Source of the DNA: an uncultured Candidatus Rokubacteria bacterium
GTDB lineage: Bacteria > Methylomirabilota > Methylomirabilia > Rokubacteriales > CSP1-6
NCBI GenBank assembly: GCA_963762145.1
Contig: CAVXJS010000011.1
Coordinates: forward strand, 640,001-704,000
Length of the DNA: 64,000 nucleotides
Direction: 5' to 3'
This document shows positions 19,684 through 29,042 of the stretch, in pieces (the first letter of the stretch is position 1; every line of letters starts with the position of its first letter). A program made the position numbers and the translations under genes. The notes beneath the pieces are model-generated. The model saw nothing but the letters and a program-made list of their open reading frames with translations, searched no databases and had not been told where the DNA came from.

Positions 19684-20619
19684 TCAGCGGCGGTGATACT
19701 CCGGGCAGACGCGCTCGGCCATGCGCGCGAGCTGGTCGAGCATGCGATCCGGGGGGCAGAGCGGGCGCAGGATGAACTTGGACGCGCCGGCCTTGACGTA
19801 TTCCTCGACCCGGTCCAGCAGCCGGTCCACCGGCCCGAAGGCGGTGCACCGCCGCATCGTCGCCTCGTCCACGCGGCCCCGCGGGATGTAGGGCTGGGCC
19901 ATGGCGAGCGCGGCCTCCTCGGTGTCCGCGATCGCGAAGTTGATCAGCGTGCCGAAGTGATCCTCGGGCACCTGCCGCCCGGCCGCCGCCGCGAGTTCCT
20001 GCACCTTGTGGACCCCCGCGCGCAGCTCCTCGGGCGTGATGAACGACGGGATCCAGCCGTCCCCGAGCCGGGCGGTGCGGCGCATGGCCGCCTCGCTCTT
20101 GCCGCCGATCCAGATGGGCGGCGGCGTCTGCCACGGCTTGGGGAAGACCGAGATGCGGTCGAGCTTGTAGAACTGTCCCTGCCAGGTCACCTCGTCCTGC
20201 GTCCACAGCAGACGCAGCACGTGGATGGCCTCGTCGGTGCGGCGCCCGCGCTCCGCGAACGGCACCCCGGAGGCTTCGAACTCGCGCGGCAGCTCGACGC
20301 CCACGCCGACCGCGGGGAAGAGGCGCCCCTGCGACAGCCAGTCCACCGTGGCCATCTCCTTGGCCGCGACGACCGGCGTGCGATAGGGCAGGACGACCAC
20401 GCTGGGCCCGAACTTGAGCCGGGTGGTGCGCGCGGCGATGGCGGCGAGCGTCGTCATCACCTCGGGGACGGGAACCGGGGACGAGAGGCGATCGGAGAGC
20501 CAGATCGAGTCCACGTCGCTCCGCTCCAGCTGATCGCAGAGCGTCCACAGGAAGGCGGCGCCCTCGCGGCCGGGCGGCCACGGGCCCGGCATGATGCCGA
20601 TCCGGTACTTGAGCGCCAT
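19684..20619 (-). CDS. LLM-class flavin-dependent oxidoreductase
   Basis: SIWLSD, LAAIAARTTRLK, AKEMATVDWLSQGRL, PPIWIGG, GDGW. Confidence 0.9.
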   Translation of the reverse strand: MALKYRIGIMPGPWPPGREGAAFLWTLCDQLERSDVDSIWLSDRLSSPVPVPEVMTTLAAIAARTTRLKFGPSVVVLPYRTPVVAAKEMATVDWLSQGRLFPAVGVGVELPREFEASGVPFAERGRRTDEAIHVLRLLWTQDEVTWQGQFYKLDRISVFPKPWQTPPPIWIGGKSEAAMRRTARLGDGWIPSFITPEELRAGVHKVQELAAAAGRQVPEDHFGTLINFAIADTEEAALAMAQPYIPRGRVDEATMRRCTAFGPVDRLLDRVEEYVKAGASKFILRPLCPPDRMLDQLARMAERVCPEYHRR

Positions 20620-20708
20620 CCCGCGGCATCGTACGCGCCGGTCCCCGGGCCCGTCAAGGCGCGCGCCGAAAGTTGACAGAAAAGCCCCCGAGGCGTCAGG
20701 GTGATTGA

Positions 20709-21350
20709 ATGAGCGGTCACGATCGGCGGGCGTTTCCGAGAGCGACGGCGGCCTGGTCGGCCACGGTCGAGACGGGCGAGGGGCGCGTGGTGTCGGGCGA
20801 GGTCGTCAACCTGAGCCTGTCGGGGATGAAGGTGCGGTCGGGGTGTGATGCGGTGGTGGGCAGCATCGTGACGGTGCGGGTCACGCTGCCGGGCGCGGCG
20901 GGCCGGATGGAGATGGTGGGGACCGTGGTGCGGCGGGATGCGGAGAGCATCGGGGTGGCGTTTCTCAAGAAGTCGGACTCGCCCGCCGGCCGCCTCACGT
21001 CGTTCGTCTCCCGCGGGGACACCCGCCGGCGGTTTCCCCGCGTGCTCGTCTCCCTCCCGATCCGCGTCGAGGGCGGCTCGGAGGGCACCGCGCTGGGGCA
21101 CACCGTCGACCTGAGCGCGTCCGGCGGGCGCGTGACCACCGACACCCCGCTGGTGGAGGGCGACGTGGTGGTGCTCGAGTTGCCGGAGCGCTCGGGCCTC
21201 GACCGCCTGCGGCTCCCCGCGCTCGTCTGGGAGTCGTACGGGGATGGCGCGGTGCTCGTATTCGCGAACGTGGGGGCGAAGGAGTTCACACGCCTGCAGG
21301 AGTACCTCGCGAGCTGCCAGCCGCGCGGCTCGCGGCCAAGTTCCGTTTGA
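20709..21350 (+). CDS. Tandem PilZ-domain c-di-GMP receptor
   Basis: Two RxxxR plus D/NxSxxG pairs: RRAFPR..NLSLSG and RRRFPR..DLSASG. Confidence 0.88.
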   Translation: MSGHDRRAFPRATAAWSATVETGEGRVVSGEVVNLSLSGMKVRSGCDAVVGSIVTVRVTLPGAAGRMEMVGTVVRRDAESIGVAFLKKSDSPAGRLTSFVSRGDTRRRFPRVLVSLPIRVEGGSEGTALGHTVDLSASGGRVTTDTPLVEGDVVVLELPERSGLDRLRLPALVWESYGDGAVLVFANVGAKEFTRLQEYLASCQPRGSRPSSV

Positions 21351-21388
21351 CAGCCCCGGGAGCGCCGCATAGAATGAACGGCGGTTCA
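21347..21388 (+). promoter_or_regulatory. Sigma70 promoter with TetR-type operator
   Basis: TTGACA(21347)-17 bp-TAGAAT(21370); palindrome TGAAC-GGCG-GTTCA (21375-21388) over the start site. Confidence 0.75.
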
Positions 21389-21397
21389 CCTCCTGCC

Positions 21398-21979
21398 ATG
21401 CGCGATCCTGACAAGCCCCAGCAGATCATCGAGGCCGCGGTTCGGGTCTTCGCGCGGAAGGGCTACTTCAACTCGCGGGTCTCGGACGTCGCGCGCGAGG
21501 CGGGGATCGCGGCCGGCACCATCTATCTCTACTTCAAGACCAAGGAAGACATCCTCATCACGCTCTTCCGCGAGAAGATGTCGGTCTTCGTCGCGTCCCT
21601 GCGGCGTGCGATCGCGGACGAGCCGGACGCGGTGGCCAAGGTCCGGCGGCTCGTCCACCTGCATTTCGAGATGCTCGAGGGCGATCCCGATCTCGCCGAG
21701 GTGGTGCAGGTCGAGCTCCGCCAGGGCCAGAAGTTCTTTCGCGGCGCCTCGAGCCAGGAGATCGCCGCGTACTTCGCGCTGATCGGCTCGGTGCTCGAGG
21801 AGGGCGTGGGACAGGGACACTTCAAGTCCGACCTGCCCGTCAAGGTCGCCACCAAGATGCTGTTCGGCGCCATGGACCAGATGGCCACGTCCTGGGTGCT
21901 GGGCAAGCGGGGCTACCGGCTCGTGGACACCGCGCCCGCGGTGGCCGATCTGTTCCTGCAGGGCGTGGCCCGCCGCTAG
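21398..21979 (+). CDS. TetR-family regulator (FadR/YsiA-like)
   Basis: IIEAAVRVFARKGY..DVAREAGIAAGTIYLYFKTKEDIL; VVQVELRQ C-terminal domain. Confidence 0.9.
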   Translation: MRDPDKPQQIIEAAVRVFARKGYFNSRVSDVAREAGIAAGTIYLYFKTKEDILITLFREKMSVFVASLRRAIADEPDAVAKVRRLVHLHFEMLEGDPDLAEVVQVELRQGQKFFRGASSQEIAAYFALIGSVLEEGVGQGHFKSDLPVKVATKMLFGAMDQMATSWVLGKRGYRLVDTAPAVADLFLQGVARR

Positions 21980-22005
21980 TTCTCCGCCGAGAGGAGATTC
22001 GCCCG

Positions 22006-22779
22006 ATGGCGTACGAGACCCTGATCCTGACCCGCGAGGAGCGCTTCGCGATCATCACCCTCAACCGGCCGCCCGCCAACGCGATCAGCGAGGCGCTCAT
22101 GCGCGAGCTGAACGCGGCTCTCGCCGAGCTGGAAGGCGACGACGGCGTGCGGGCGGTGATCATCACCGGCGCGGGAGACAAGATCTTCTGCGCGGGCGCG
22201 GACCTCGGCTCGGCCTTCCAGGGCGCCGACGTCGGTACCTTCATCCGCTTCGGTAACAGCGTGGTCCGCCGCATCGAGCGCTTCCCGAAGCCGGTGGTCG
22301 CGGCGATCAACGGGCACGCGCTGGGCGGCGGCTGTGAGATCGCGATGGGCTGCCACATTCGCATCCTGAAGGAGACCGCGCGGATGGGGCAGACCGAGTC
22401 CAACCTCGGCATCACGCCCGGCTTCGGCGGCACCCAGCGCTACCCCCGTCTGATGGGCCGCGGCCTGGCCCTCGAGCACCTGATCCTCGGCACCCAGGTC
22501 TCGGCCCAGGAGTGCTACCGCACCGGGCTGGTGAACCGGCTCGCGAAGGAGGGGGAGACGCTCAACGACGCGAAGGCGATGGCCCGCGAGCTGGGCAAGC
22601 GGCCGCCGGTCGCCACCCGGCTCATCATCGAGGCGGTGGACGACGGGCTGCACGCGCCGATCGATACCGCGATCGAGATCGAGGTGCGCGCGTTCCTGCA
22701 GACCCTCCGCACCGAGGACGCGGCCGAGGGGATCCAGGCCTTCTTCCAGAAACGCCCGGCCGACTTCAAGGGTCGCTAG
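22006..22779 (+). CDS. Enoyl-CoA hydratase (crotonase)
   Basis: LNRPPANA, FCAGADL, GGGCEIA, QTESNLGITPGFGGTQR. Confidence 0.92.
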   Translation: MAYETLILTREERFAIITLNRPPANAISEALMRELNAALAELEGDDGVRAVIITGAGDKIFCAGADLGSAFQGADVGTFIRFGNSVVRRIERFPKPVVAAINGHALGGGCEIAMGCHIRILKETARMGQTESNLGITPGFGGTQRYPRLMGRGLALEHLILGTQVSAQECYRTGLVNRLAKEGETLNDAKAMARELGKRPPVATRLIIEAVDDGLHAPIDTAIEIEVRAFLQTLRTEDAAEGIQAFFQKRPADFKGR

Positions 22780-22781
22780 GC

Positions 22782-23531
22782 GTGGATCTCGGCATCGCGG
22801 GCAAGACCGCGCTCGTCACCGGCGGGGCGCGGAGCCTCGGCAAGCAGGACTGCCTGACCCTCGCGGCGGAGGGCTGCCGGATCATCGTGCTGGATCTCAA
22901 CGGGGAGGGCGCCGCCGAGGCGGCCCGGGAGATCACCGACGCGGGCGGCACCGCCCGCGGCTACGCGGCCGACATCACCGAGCGGGCGGTCCTGACCGAG
23001 GTGCTGCGCCGCGCGGAGGCCGAGGTGGGGCCGATCGACATCTGCGTGAACAACGCGGGTTGGATCTACACGATGGGCCAGCTCAAGGACACCGCGGACG
23101 ACGACTGGGACCTCAACCTGCGCATCAACCTGACCGGCACCTTCAACGTCACCAAGGCGGTGTTCCCCGGGATGCGCGAGCGGCGGTGGGGCCGCGTGAT
23201 CTGCATGGCCTCGATCGCCGGCCTGATGGGCGGCTTCGGCCAGGCGGCCTACGCCACGAGCAAGATGGGGGTGATCGGCTTCGCGCGGTCGGTGGCGCTC
23301 GAGGGGGCGCGGTACAATGTCACGTCCAACGTGATCGCGCCCGGGATCGTGGGGCCGAACGCGAATCTGTCGCCACTGTACGAGCGCATGGTGAAGCGGG
23401 TCGCCATGCAGCGGGAGGGGCAGCCCGAGGACATCGCCAGCGCGATCGCGTTCCTGTGCTCGGAGCGCGCGCGCTACATCACGGGGGCCGTGCTCACCGT
23501 CACCGGGGGCATGGACCTCTTCACGTTCTAA
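22782..23531 (+). CDS. SDR oxidoreductase (FabG/PhaB-like 3-oxoacyl reductase)
   Basis: TGGARSLG, NNAG, YATSK catalytic motif. Confidence 0.88.
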   Translation: MDLGIAGKTALVTGGARSLGKQDCLTLAAEGCRIIVLDLNGEGAAEAAREITDAGGTARGYAADITERAVLTEVLRRAEAEVGPIDICVNNAGWIYTMGQLKDTADDDWDLNLRINLTGTFNVTKAVFPGMRERRWGRVICMASIAGLMGGFGQAAYATSKMGVIGFARSVALEGARYNVTSNVIAPGIVGPNANLSPLYERMVKRVAMQREGQPEDIASAIAFLCSERARYITGAVLTVTGGMDLFTF

Positions 23532-23564
23532 ACGTCGAGCTTCGAGAGGAGAAGGAGACGCGAC

Positions 23565-23885
23565 ATGCCGACCGTCAAGGAGACCTTCGACAACATGGCT
23601 TCCCGCTTCCGCGCCGAGAAGGCCGCCGGGGTGAACGCCACCATCCAGTACGACATCACCGGGGACCAGGGCGGGACGTGGAACGCGGTCATCAAGGACG
23701 GCGCCTGCAACGTCAGCCAGGGCGCGGCCTCGAGCCCGAACCTCACGCTCACGATGTCCTCGCAGGACTGGCTCGACATGACGGGGGGCAAGCTGTCCGG
23801 GCAGATGGCTTTCATGTCCGGCAAGCTCAAGCTCAAGGGGGACATGGGGCTCGCCATGAAGGTGGGGAGCCTGTTCCAGGTATAA
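23565..23885 (+). CDS. SCP2 sterol/lipid-carrier domain protein
   Basis: IQYDITGDQGGTW...AFMSGKLKLKGDMGLAMK. Confidence 0.9.
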   Translation: MPTVKETFDNMASRFRAEKAAGVNATIQYDITGDQGGTWNAVIKDGACNVSQGAASSPNLTLTMSSQDWLDMTGGKLSGQMAFMSGKLKLKGDMGLAMKVGSLFQV

Positions 23886-23893
23886 GTTCCATC

Positions 23894-23982
23894 GAAGGGG
23901 GCCCCTTCTGAAGTTTGAAAAAGGGGGCCCCCTCCGAGCCTCCCCCAGAAGCCTAGGATTGCGCCGGCGGAGCCGGCGCTCG
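23894..23982. repeat. Intergenic composite palindrome (REP-like)
   Basis: GAAGGGGGCCCCTTC, a second AAGGGGGCCCCCT and the hairpin GCGCCGGC-GGA-GCCGGCGC. Confidence 0.45.
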
Positions 23983-24005
23983 AAAAGGAGCACTCTCCGC
24001 AGAGG

Positions 24006-24034
24006 TTGACGCGTAGCGTCACGGAGCGTAGGAT
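24006..24034 (+). promoter_or_regulatory. phaC sigma70 promoter (leaderless) with overlapping palindrome
   Basis: TTGACG-17 bp-TAGGAT-6 nt-ATG; TGACGC-GTA-GCGTCA at 24007-24021. Confidence 0.7.
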
Positions 24035-24040
24035 GAAGGC

Positions 24041-25141
24041 ATGAAAGACGAGCTCTTCACGATGATGGGAGAGATGCCGGCGATGTCGCCGGAGATGCTG
24101 GCCCGGATGCGGGAGGAGGCCAACCGCAATCTCCTGCGCATGAAGCACTTCGGCGAGATGGTGATGAACCCCAAGGAGCCGAAGGTCGGGCCCACGCCGC
24201 GGCAGGAGATCTTCCGCACCAACAAGTCGAGGCTCTGGCGGTACGAGTCCCGGCGCACGATCCGGACCCCGCTGCTCTTCGTGCCCAACCTCGGCATCAG
24301 CCGGCCCTACATCTTCGACCTCATGCCGAAGGGGTCGTTCGTCGAGTACATGACGCAGCAGGGATTCGACTTCTATCTGGTGGACTGGGGAGTGTTCGGC
24401 GAGGAGGACAACGGGCTCACCGTCGAGGACGCGGTGACCAAGATCCTTCCCCGGCTGGCCCGCAAGGCGCTCGAGTCCTCCGGCGCCTCCGAGATGTCGG
24501 TCCTCGGCTACTGCATGGGCGCGCCGCTGTCGGCCAGCTTCGTGGCCACGCACCCCGAGTTCCCCCTCAAGAACTACATCGACATGGCGGGTCCGATCGA
24601 CTTCGCGCACGTCGGGCTCTTCGGCAAGTGGCTCGATCCGCGCTACTTCGACGTGGACAAGTACGTCGACACCCTGGGCAGCATCCCGGCCGAGATGGTC
24701 AAGATGGGCTTCAAGCTGCTCAAGCCCACGATGGACACCAGCACGAACCTGAACCTCTGGTGGAACCTCTGGAACCCGGACTACGTCTCGGGCTTCAACG
24801 CGCTCAACAAGTGGGCCAACGAGTACCTCCCGTTCCCGGGCGAGTTCTTCCGCCAGTGGGTGCGGGACTTCTACCAGCAGAACAAGCTGATCAAGGGCGA
24901 GCTCATGATGGCCGGCCGGCGCGTGGACCTGCGCGAGATCCGGTGCCCGGTGCTCGCGGTCGGGGCCAAGGAGGACAACATCGCGCCGCCCGCGTGCGTG
25001 AAGCCGCTGATGGACGTGGTGAGCACGCACGACAAGGAATACGTGGAGCTGCCCGGTGGGCACATCTCGCTGATCGCCGGACGCGGCGCCTCGGTGCATT
25101 GCTGGCCGAAGGTGGCGTCCTGGCTGGCCGCGCGCTCCTAG
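24041..25141 (+). CDS. phaC: Class III/IV-type polyhydroxyalkanoate synthase subunit PhaC
   Basis: 366 aa; VGPTP, RPYIFDL, YLVDWG, lipase box GYCMG, PGEFFRQWVRDFYQQNKL, catalytic Asp (EDNIAP) and His (GGHI). Confidence 0.9.
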   Translation: MKDELFTMMGEMPAMSPEMLARMREEANRNLLRMKHFGEMVMNPKEPKVGPTPRQEIFRTNKSRLWRYESRRTIRTPLLFVPNLGISRPYIFDLMPKGSFVEYMTQQGFDFYLVDWGVFGEEDNGLTVEDAVTKILPRLARKALESSGASEMSVLGYCMGAPLSASFVATHPEFPLKNYIDMAGPIDFAHVGLFGKWLDPRYFDVDKYVDTLGSIPAEMVKMGFKLLKPTMDTSTNLNLWWNLWNPDYVSGFNALNKWANEYLPFPGEFFRQWVRDFYQQNKLIKGELMMAGRRVDLREIRCPVLAVGAKEDNIAPPACVKPLMDVVSTHDKEYVELPGGHISLIAGRGASVHCWPKVASWLAARS

Positions 25142-25163
25142 GGCGCGGCCGAGGAGCGTCGTC

Positions 25164-25703
25164 ATGGCCGACAACCCCAATCAACAGCTGCTCGACATGT
25201 GGAAGCGCCAGGTGGAGGAGGGCACCCAGGCCTGGCTGCGCATGATGGGGCAGGCCCAGGCGGCCGCGCCCGGCCCCGCGATGGACCCGCAGGCCTTCTG
25301 GCGGCCGTTCATGGACCAGGGCATGGCCGCCTGGTCGAAGGTCATGACGCAGGGGACGGCGCCCTCGCCGGACCTGATGACGCAGTGGAAGCAGTTCCTC
25401 GACCAATGGATCGCGGCGTGGTCCCGCGTGCTCGAGCAGGCGATGGGCACCGACAACTTCGCTCAGCTCATGGGCAAGCAGCTCGAGACCTTCCTCAACG
25501 TCTCGGCTCCGATCAAGAAGGCGGCCGAGCAGCAGATCGACGCCTCGCTCGCCGGGCTCGGCATTCCCTCGCGCGGGCAGGTCACCGCGCTGGCGCGACA
25601 CGTGGCGCAGGTCGAGGAGAAGATCGACGCGCTCGAGGACAAGGTCGACCGCGTCCTCCGGCGCCTCGACGCGGGCGCGTCGCCCCGGACGGAGCGGGCA
25701 TGA
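25164..25703 (+). CDS. phaE: PHA synthase second subunit (short PhaE-like)
   Basis: Follows phaC; W-rich helices, AMGTDNFAQLMG, LGIPSRGQV..VEEKIDALEDKVD coiled coil. Confidence 0.7.
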   Translation: MADNPNQQLLDMWKRQVEEGTQAWLRMMGQAQAAAPGPAMDPQAFWRPFMDQGMAAWSKVMTQGTAPSPDLMTQWKQFLDQWIAAWSRVLEQAMGTDNFAQLMGKQLETFLNVSAPIKKAAEQQIDASLAGLGIPSRGQVTALARHVAQVEEKIDALEDKVDRVLRRLDAGASPRTERA

Positions 25704-26293
25704 TCGGGATCACGATCGACGCGATCGCGGTCGGGGACAGTGCCCAGATCACCCGTCGGGTGACCGACGGCGACATCGCGGCGTTCGTGGACGCGGTGGG
25801 CGACCACAACCCGGTGCACGCGGATCGCGAGTACGCGGCCACCACACCGTTCAAGGAGCCGATCGCCCCGGGGATCTGGACCGCGGGGCTCATCTCGGCC
25901 GTCATCGGCACCCGGCTGCCTGGCCCGGGAGCGATCTATCTCTCGCAGGACCTGAAGTTCCTCAAGCCGGTGAAGGCGGGCGACTCGATCTCGGCCCGCG
26001 TCGAGGTCCTCGAGGTGCATCGCGAGCGGAACCGCGTCCGGCTCCGCACCGTGTGCACCAATCAGCGCGCGGAGGACGTCCTGACCGGTGAGGCGGTCGT
26101 GATGCCCTCGCGCACGCCGGTCGAGTACACGCGCCCCGCGGCGTCCATGAACGCGATGGCGCTCTGGACCCTCCCGCCGCTGGCCTGGATGGCGCAGGGC
26201 GCGGCGATCTGGGGCATGCTCGGGCTCTCCGCGCTCGCGGTTGCCGCGCCGGTCGCGCCTCCGCGCCCGCCCTCGCGCCCACTCTCGAGGTAG
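25700..26293 (+). CDS. phaJ: (R)-specific enoyl-CoA hydratase (MaoC/PhaJ) with hydrophobic C-terminal extension
   Basis: GDHNPVH hydratase-2 motif, LPGPGAIYLSQDLKFLKPV; lies inside the pha cluster. Confidence 0.82.
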   Translation: MIGITIDAIAVGDSAQITRRVTDGDIAAFVDAVGDHNPVHADREYAATTPFKEPIAPGIWTAGLISAVIGTRLPGPGAIYLSQDLKFLKPVKAGDSISARVEVLEVHRERNRVRLRTVCTNQRAEDVLTGEAVVMPSRTPVEYTRPAASMNAMALWTLPPLAWMAQGAAIWGMLGLSALAVAAPVAPPRPPSRPLSR

Positions 26294-26372
26294 ATCCCGC
26301 GTCCCACGCGTCACCCGCGCGTCCGGGCCCGCCTTGTGGGGGTCCGGACCCGGTGCTAGACTGAATTTCGTC

Positions 26373-26873
26373 ATGGCGTACGTCATCAAGCGCTACTCCA
26401 ATCGCAAGCTGTACGACACGCAGGAGAGTCGCTACGTCACGCTCGAAGAGCTCGAGGAGCTGATCCGGGCCGGCCGGGAGATCTCGGTGGTGGACGTGTC
26501 GACCGGCGAGGATCTCACCTCGGTCACGCTGGCCCAGATCATCCTGGAGAACGAGCGGAATCATCGGGCCGCGCTGCCCACCGTCTTCCTGCACCAGCTC
26601 ATCAAGCACGGCGAGGCCTGGCAGGACTTCGTGCAAAAGTCGCTGCGCTCGAGCCTCGAAGGGCTCATGACGAGCCAGCGCGAGGCGGACCGGGTGCTGC
26701 GGGAATGGGTCTCGCGCGCCGGATGGCTCAACGCCACGGGGACCGAGCCGGCGACCAAGACCGAGAAGCGGGCGGAGCCCGCCGAGGCCGACGCGCTGCG
26801 GGAGGAAGTGACGGTGCTGCGGGAGCAGCTGCGCACCCTCGAAGAGCGACTCGAGAAGAAGCGCGAGAAGTAA
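26373..26873 (+). CDS. phaR: PHA synthesis regulator (PhaR DNA-binding domain)
   Basis: IKRYSNRKLYDTQESRYVTL...TGEDLTSVTLAQIILE. Confidence 0.9.
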   Translation: MAYVIKRYSNRKLYDTQESRYVTLEELEELIRAGREISVVDVSTGEDLTSVTLAQIILENERNHRAALPTVFLHQLIKHGEAWQDFVQKSLRSSLEGLMTSQREADRVLREWVSRAGWLNATGTEPATKTEKRAEPAEADALREEVTVLREQLRTLEERLEKKREK

Positions 26874-26917
26874 CGGCCCCGGCCGCGGGCCGGAGGTGGC
26901 CCGCGGCCGGGAGCGCG

Positions 26918-27370
26918 TTAGGCGATGCGGGTGTAGAGGCCCTGCACCTTGCCGGTGAGCTGGGTGAAGGTGGCCTGGATCTCCTTGCCGGTGGTCTCCG
27001 CCGTCACCTGCATCCGCTCGGCCGAGCGGGACATGGCCTGGGCGGTGCCCTCGAAGACCTTGAAGGCCCGCTGCGCGGTCTCGACCGACTCCAGCACGCC
27101 CTTCTGGTAGAAGCTCATCGGATCGCGCGGGGCATCCGGCAGCTCGTCCTGACGCCGCTGCATGTACGACTGCCCTTCCTTCATCGCCTCGACCGCGGAC
27201 GACTGGAGCTCGGCATAGAGCCGCACGCCTTCCTTCGCGGTGCTTGCGGACAGGTCGACGAGGTCGCGGAGCACCTTCTGGTTGGCGTCCGCCATCAGGG
27301 AGAAGGCTTCCACCGTGCGGGTCGTGAGCTGGGCCAGGAACTCATTCGGCTGCATCGGGTTCGTCATCAT
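26918..27370 (-). CDS. Phasin-like PHA granule protein
   Basis: 150-aa amphipathic helical protein next to phaR; AAGGAG RBS. Confidence 0.65.
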   Translation of the reverse strand: MMTNPMQPNEFLAQLTTRTVEAFSLMADANQKVLRDLVDLSASTAKEGVRLYAELQSSAVEAMKEGQSYMQRRQDELPDAPRDPMSFYQKGVLESVETAQRAFKVFEGTAQAMSRSAERMQVTAETTGKEIQATFTQLTGKVQGLYTRIA

Positions 27371-27521
27371 CGCTCGCTCCTTGTTGTCGGGGTTGATCTG
27401 GGCTACGGGGGAAGGATAACGCGGTGCGTAACGATGGTCAAGAGTTTTATCGCGTCGCGTCATCCCGCGCATGGTATACGAGTGTCTCCGACGAGATGCA
27501 CGTCCGTAACCCATCGAAAAC

Positions 27522-29032
27522 ATGACGCTAGCGCGCCTGGCCGAGGACGGCCTCGACAAGTACGGTGAGTACGTCGCCCTCGCGTTCGAGGGGCGACAGT
27601 ACACCAACCTGGATCAGCAGCAGGCCGCTTCCCGGCTCGCGCACGCGCTCCGGCGCCTGGGCGTGGCGGCGGGCGATCGCGTCGTGGTGATGCTCCCGAA
27701 CTGCCCCGAGGTCATCCAGAGCTACGGGGCGATCCTCAAGTGCGGCGCGGTCATCGTGCCGATCATCTTCCTGCTCGGCGACAAGGAGGTGACCCACATC
27801 CTGGCCGACTCCGAGGCCAAGGTGGTGATCACGTCCATCGACATGCTGTGGAAGGTGGAGGGCCAGATCGGCGTGCTGCCCACCCTGCGCCACGTCCTGC
27901 TGGCCGACGGCGAGGGTGACGGCCGGACGCGCTCCCTGGCCGCGGAGACCGCGGCCGAGTCCACGACCTTCACGCACGGTGGACCGCGGGCCGGACGATC
28001 TCGCGGTCATCCTCTACACGTCCGGGACGACCGGCGTGCCCAAGGGCGTGGCCCTGTCCCACGACAACCTCGAGTCCAATGCGCGCGCGGCCGCGTCGCT
28101 CAACGAGCTGGGGCGAGAGGACTGGGCGGTGGCGGTGCTGCCCCTGTCGCATTCCTACGGTCTCACCGTGATGAACGCCGGGCACATCCTCGGCACGCGC
28201 GCGGCGCTGCTGCGCTGGTTCCATCCCGAAGCGGTGCTGCAGGCGATCCAGGAGTTCAGGGCGGTCTCGATGTCCGCGGTGCCCGACGATGCTCATCTAC
28301 CTCCTCAATTATCCCGACGCGGAGCGTTTCGACACGCTCGTCGATGCGCGCGTGGGGATCCGGCGCGGCGCCGCTGCCGGTCGAGATCGTCGAGCCCTTC
28401 GAGAAGAAGTTCGGCGGGCGCATTCTCGAGGGCTACGGGCTCACCGAGGCCTCGCCGGTGGTGTCGGCGCACCGCCTCTCGGGACCGCGCAAGCTCGGCT
28501 CGGTCGGACGGGCCATCCCCGGCGTGACCATCTCGATCCAGGACGACGACGGCCGGGCGCTGCCCGCGGACGAGATCGGGGAGGTCTGCGTGCGGGGGCC
28601 CAACGTGATGACCGGCTACTACCGCAACCCGGAGGAGACGGCCCGCACCGTGCGTGGGGGGTGGCTCCACACCGGCGACATGGGGCGGCTCGACGCGGAC
28701 GGCTTCCTCTTCATCGTCGAGCGCAAGAAGGACCTGATCATCCGCGGTGGCTTCAATATCTATCCCCGGGAGGTCGAGGAGGCGCTGTACGCCCATCCCG
28801 CAGGTGGCGGAGGCGGCGGTGGTCGGCATGAAGGACCCGGTGATGGGCGAGGACGTGGTGGCCTTCGTGGTCCTCAAGGACGGCGAGCGCGCCACCGCGG
28901 CCGGAGATCGCCGCGTTCTGCGAGACTCGCCTCGCGCGCTTCAAGTGCCCGAAGCAGGTCCGCTTCGTGGATTCGCTCCCCAAGAGCCCGATCGGGAAGA
29001 TTTTACGCAAAGAGCTCCGCACACAGGTGTGA
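27522..29032 (+). CDS. Long-chain acyl-CoA ligase (ANL); several apparent indels
   Basis: YTSGTTGVPKG, EGYGLTE, WLHTGD, RKKDLIIRGG and LPKSPIGK recovered across frames. Confidence 0.85.
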
Positions 29033-29042
29033 GGGGGCGACC

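Noticed and set aside
18680-20629. 649-aa LLM-SppA fusion
   Set aside because: The upstream part is an alternate frame of the LLM gene; sppA has its own -10 box, ATG (19642) and lipobox.
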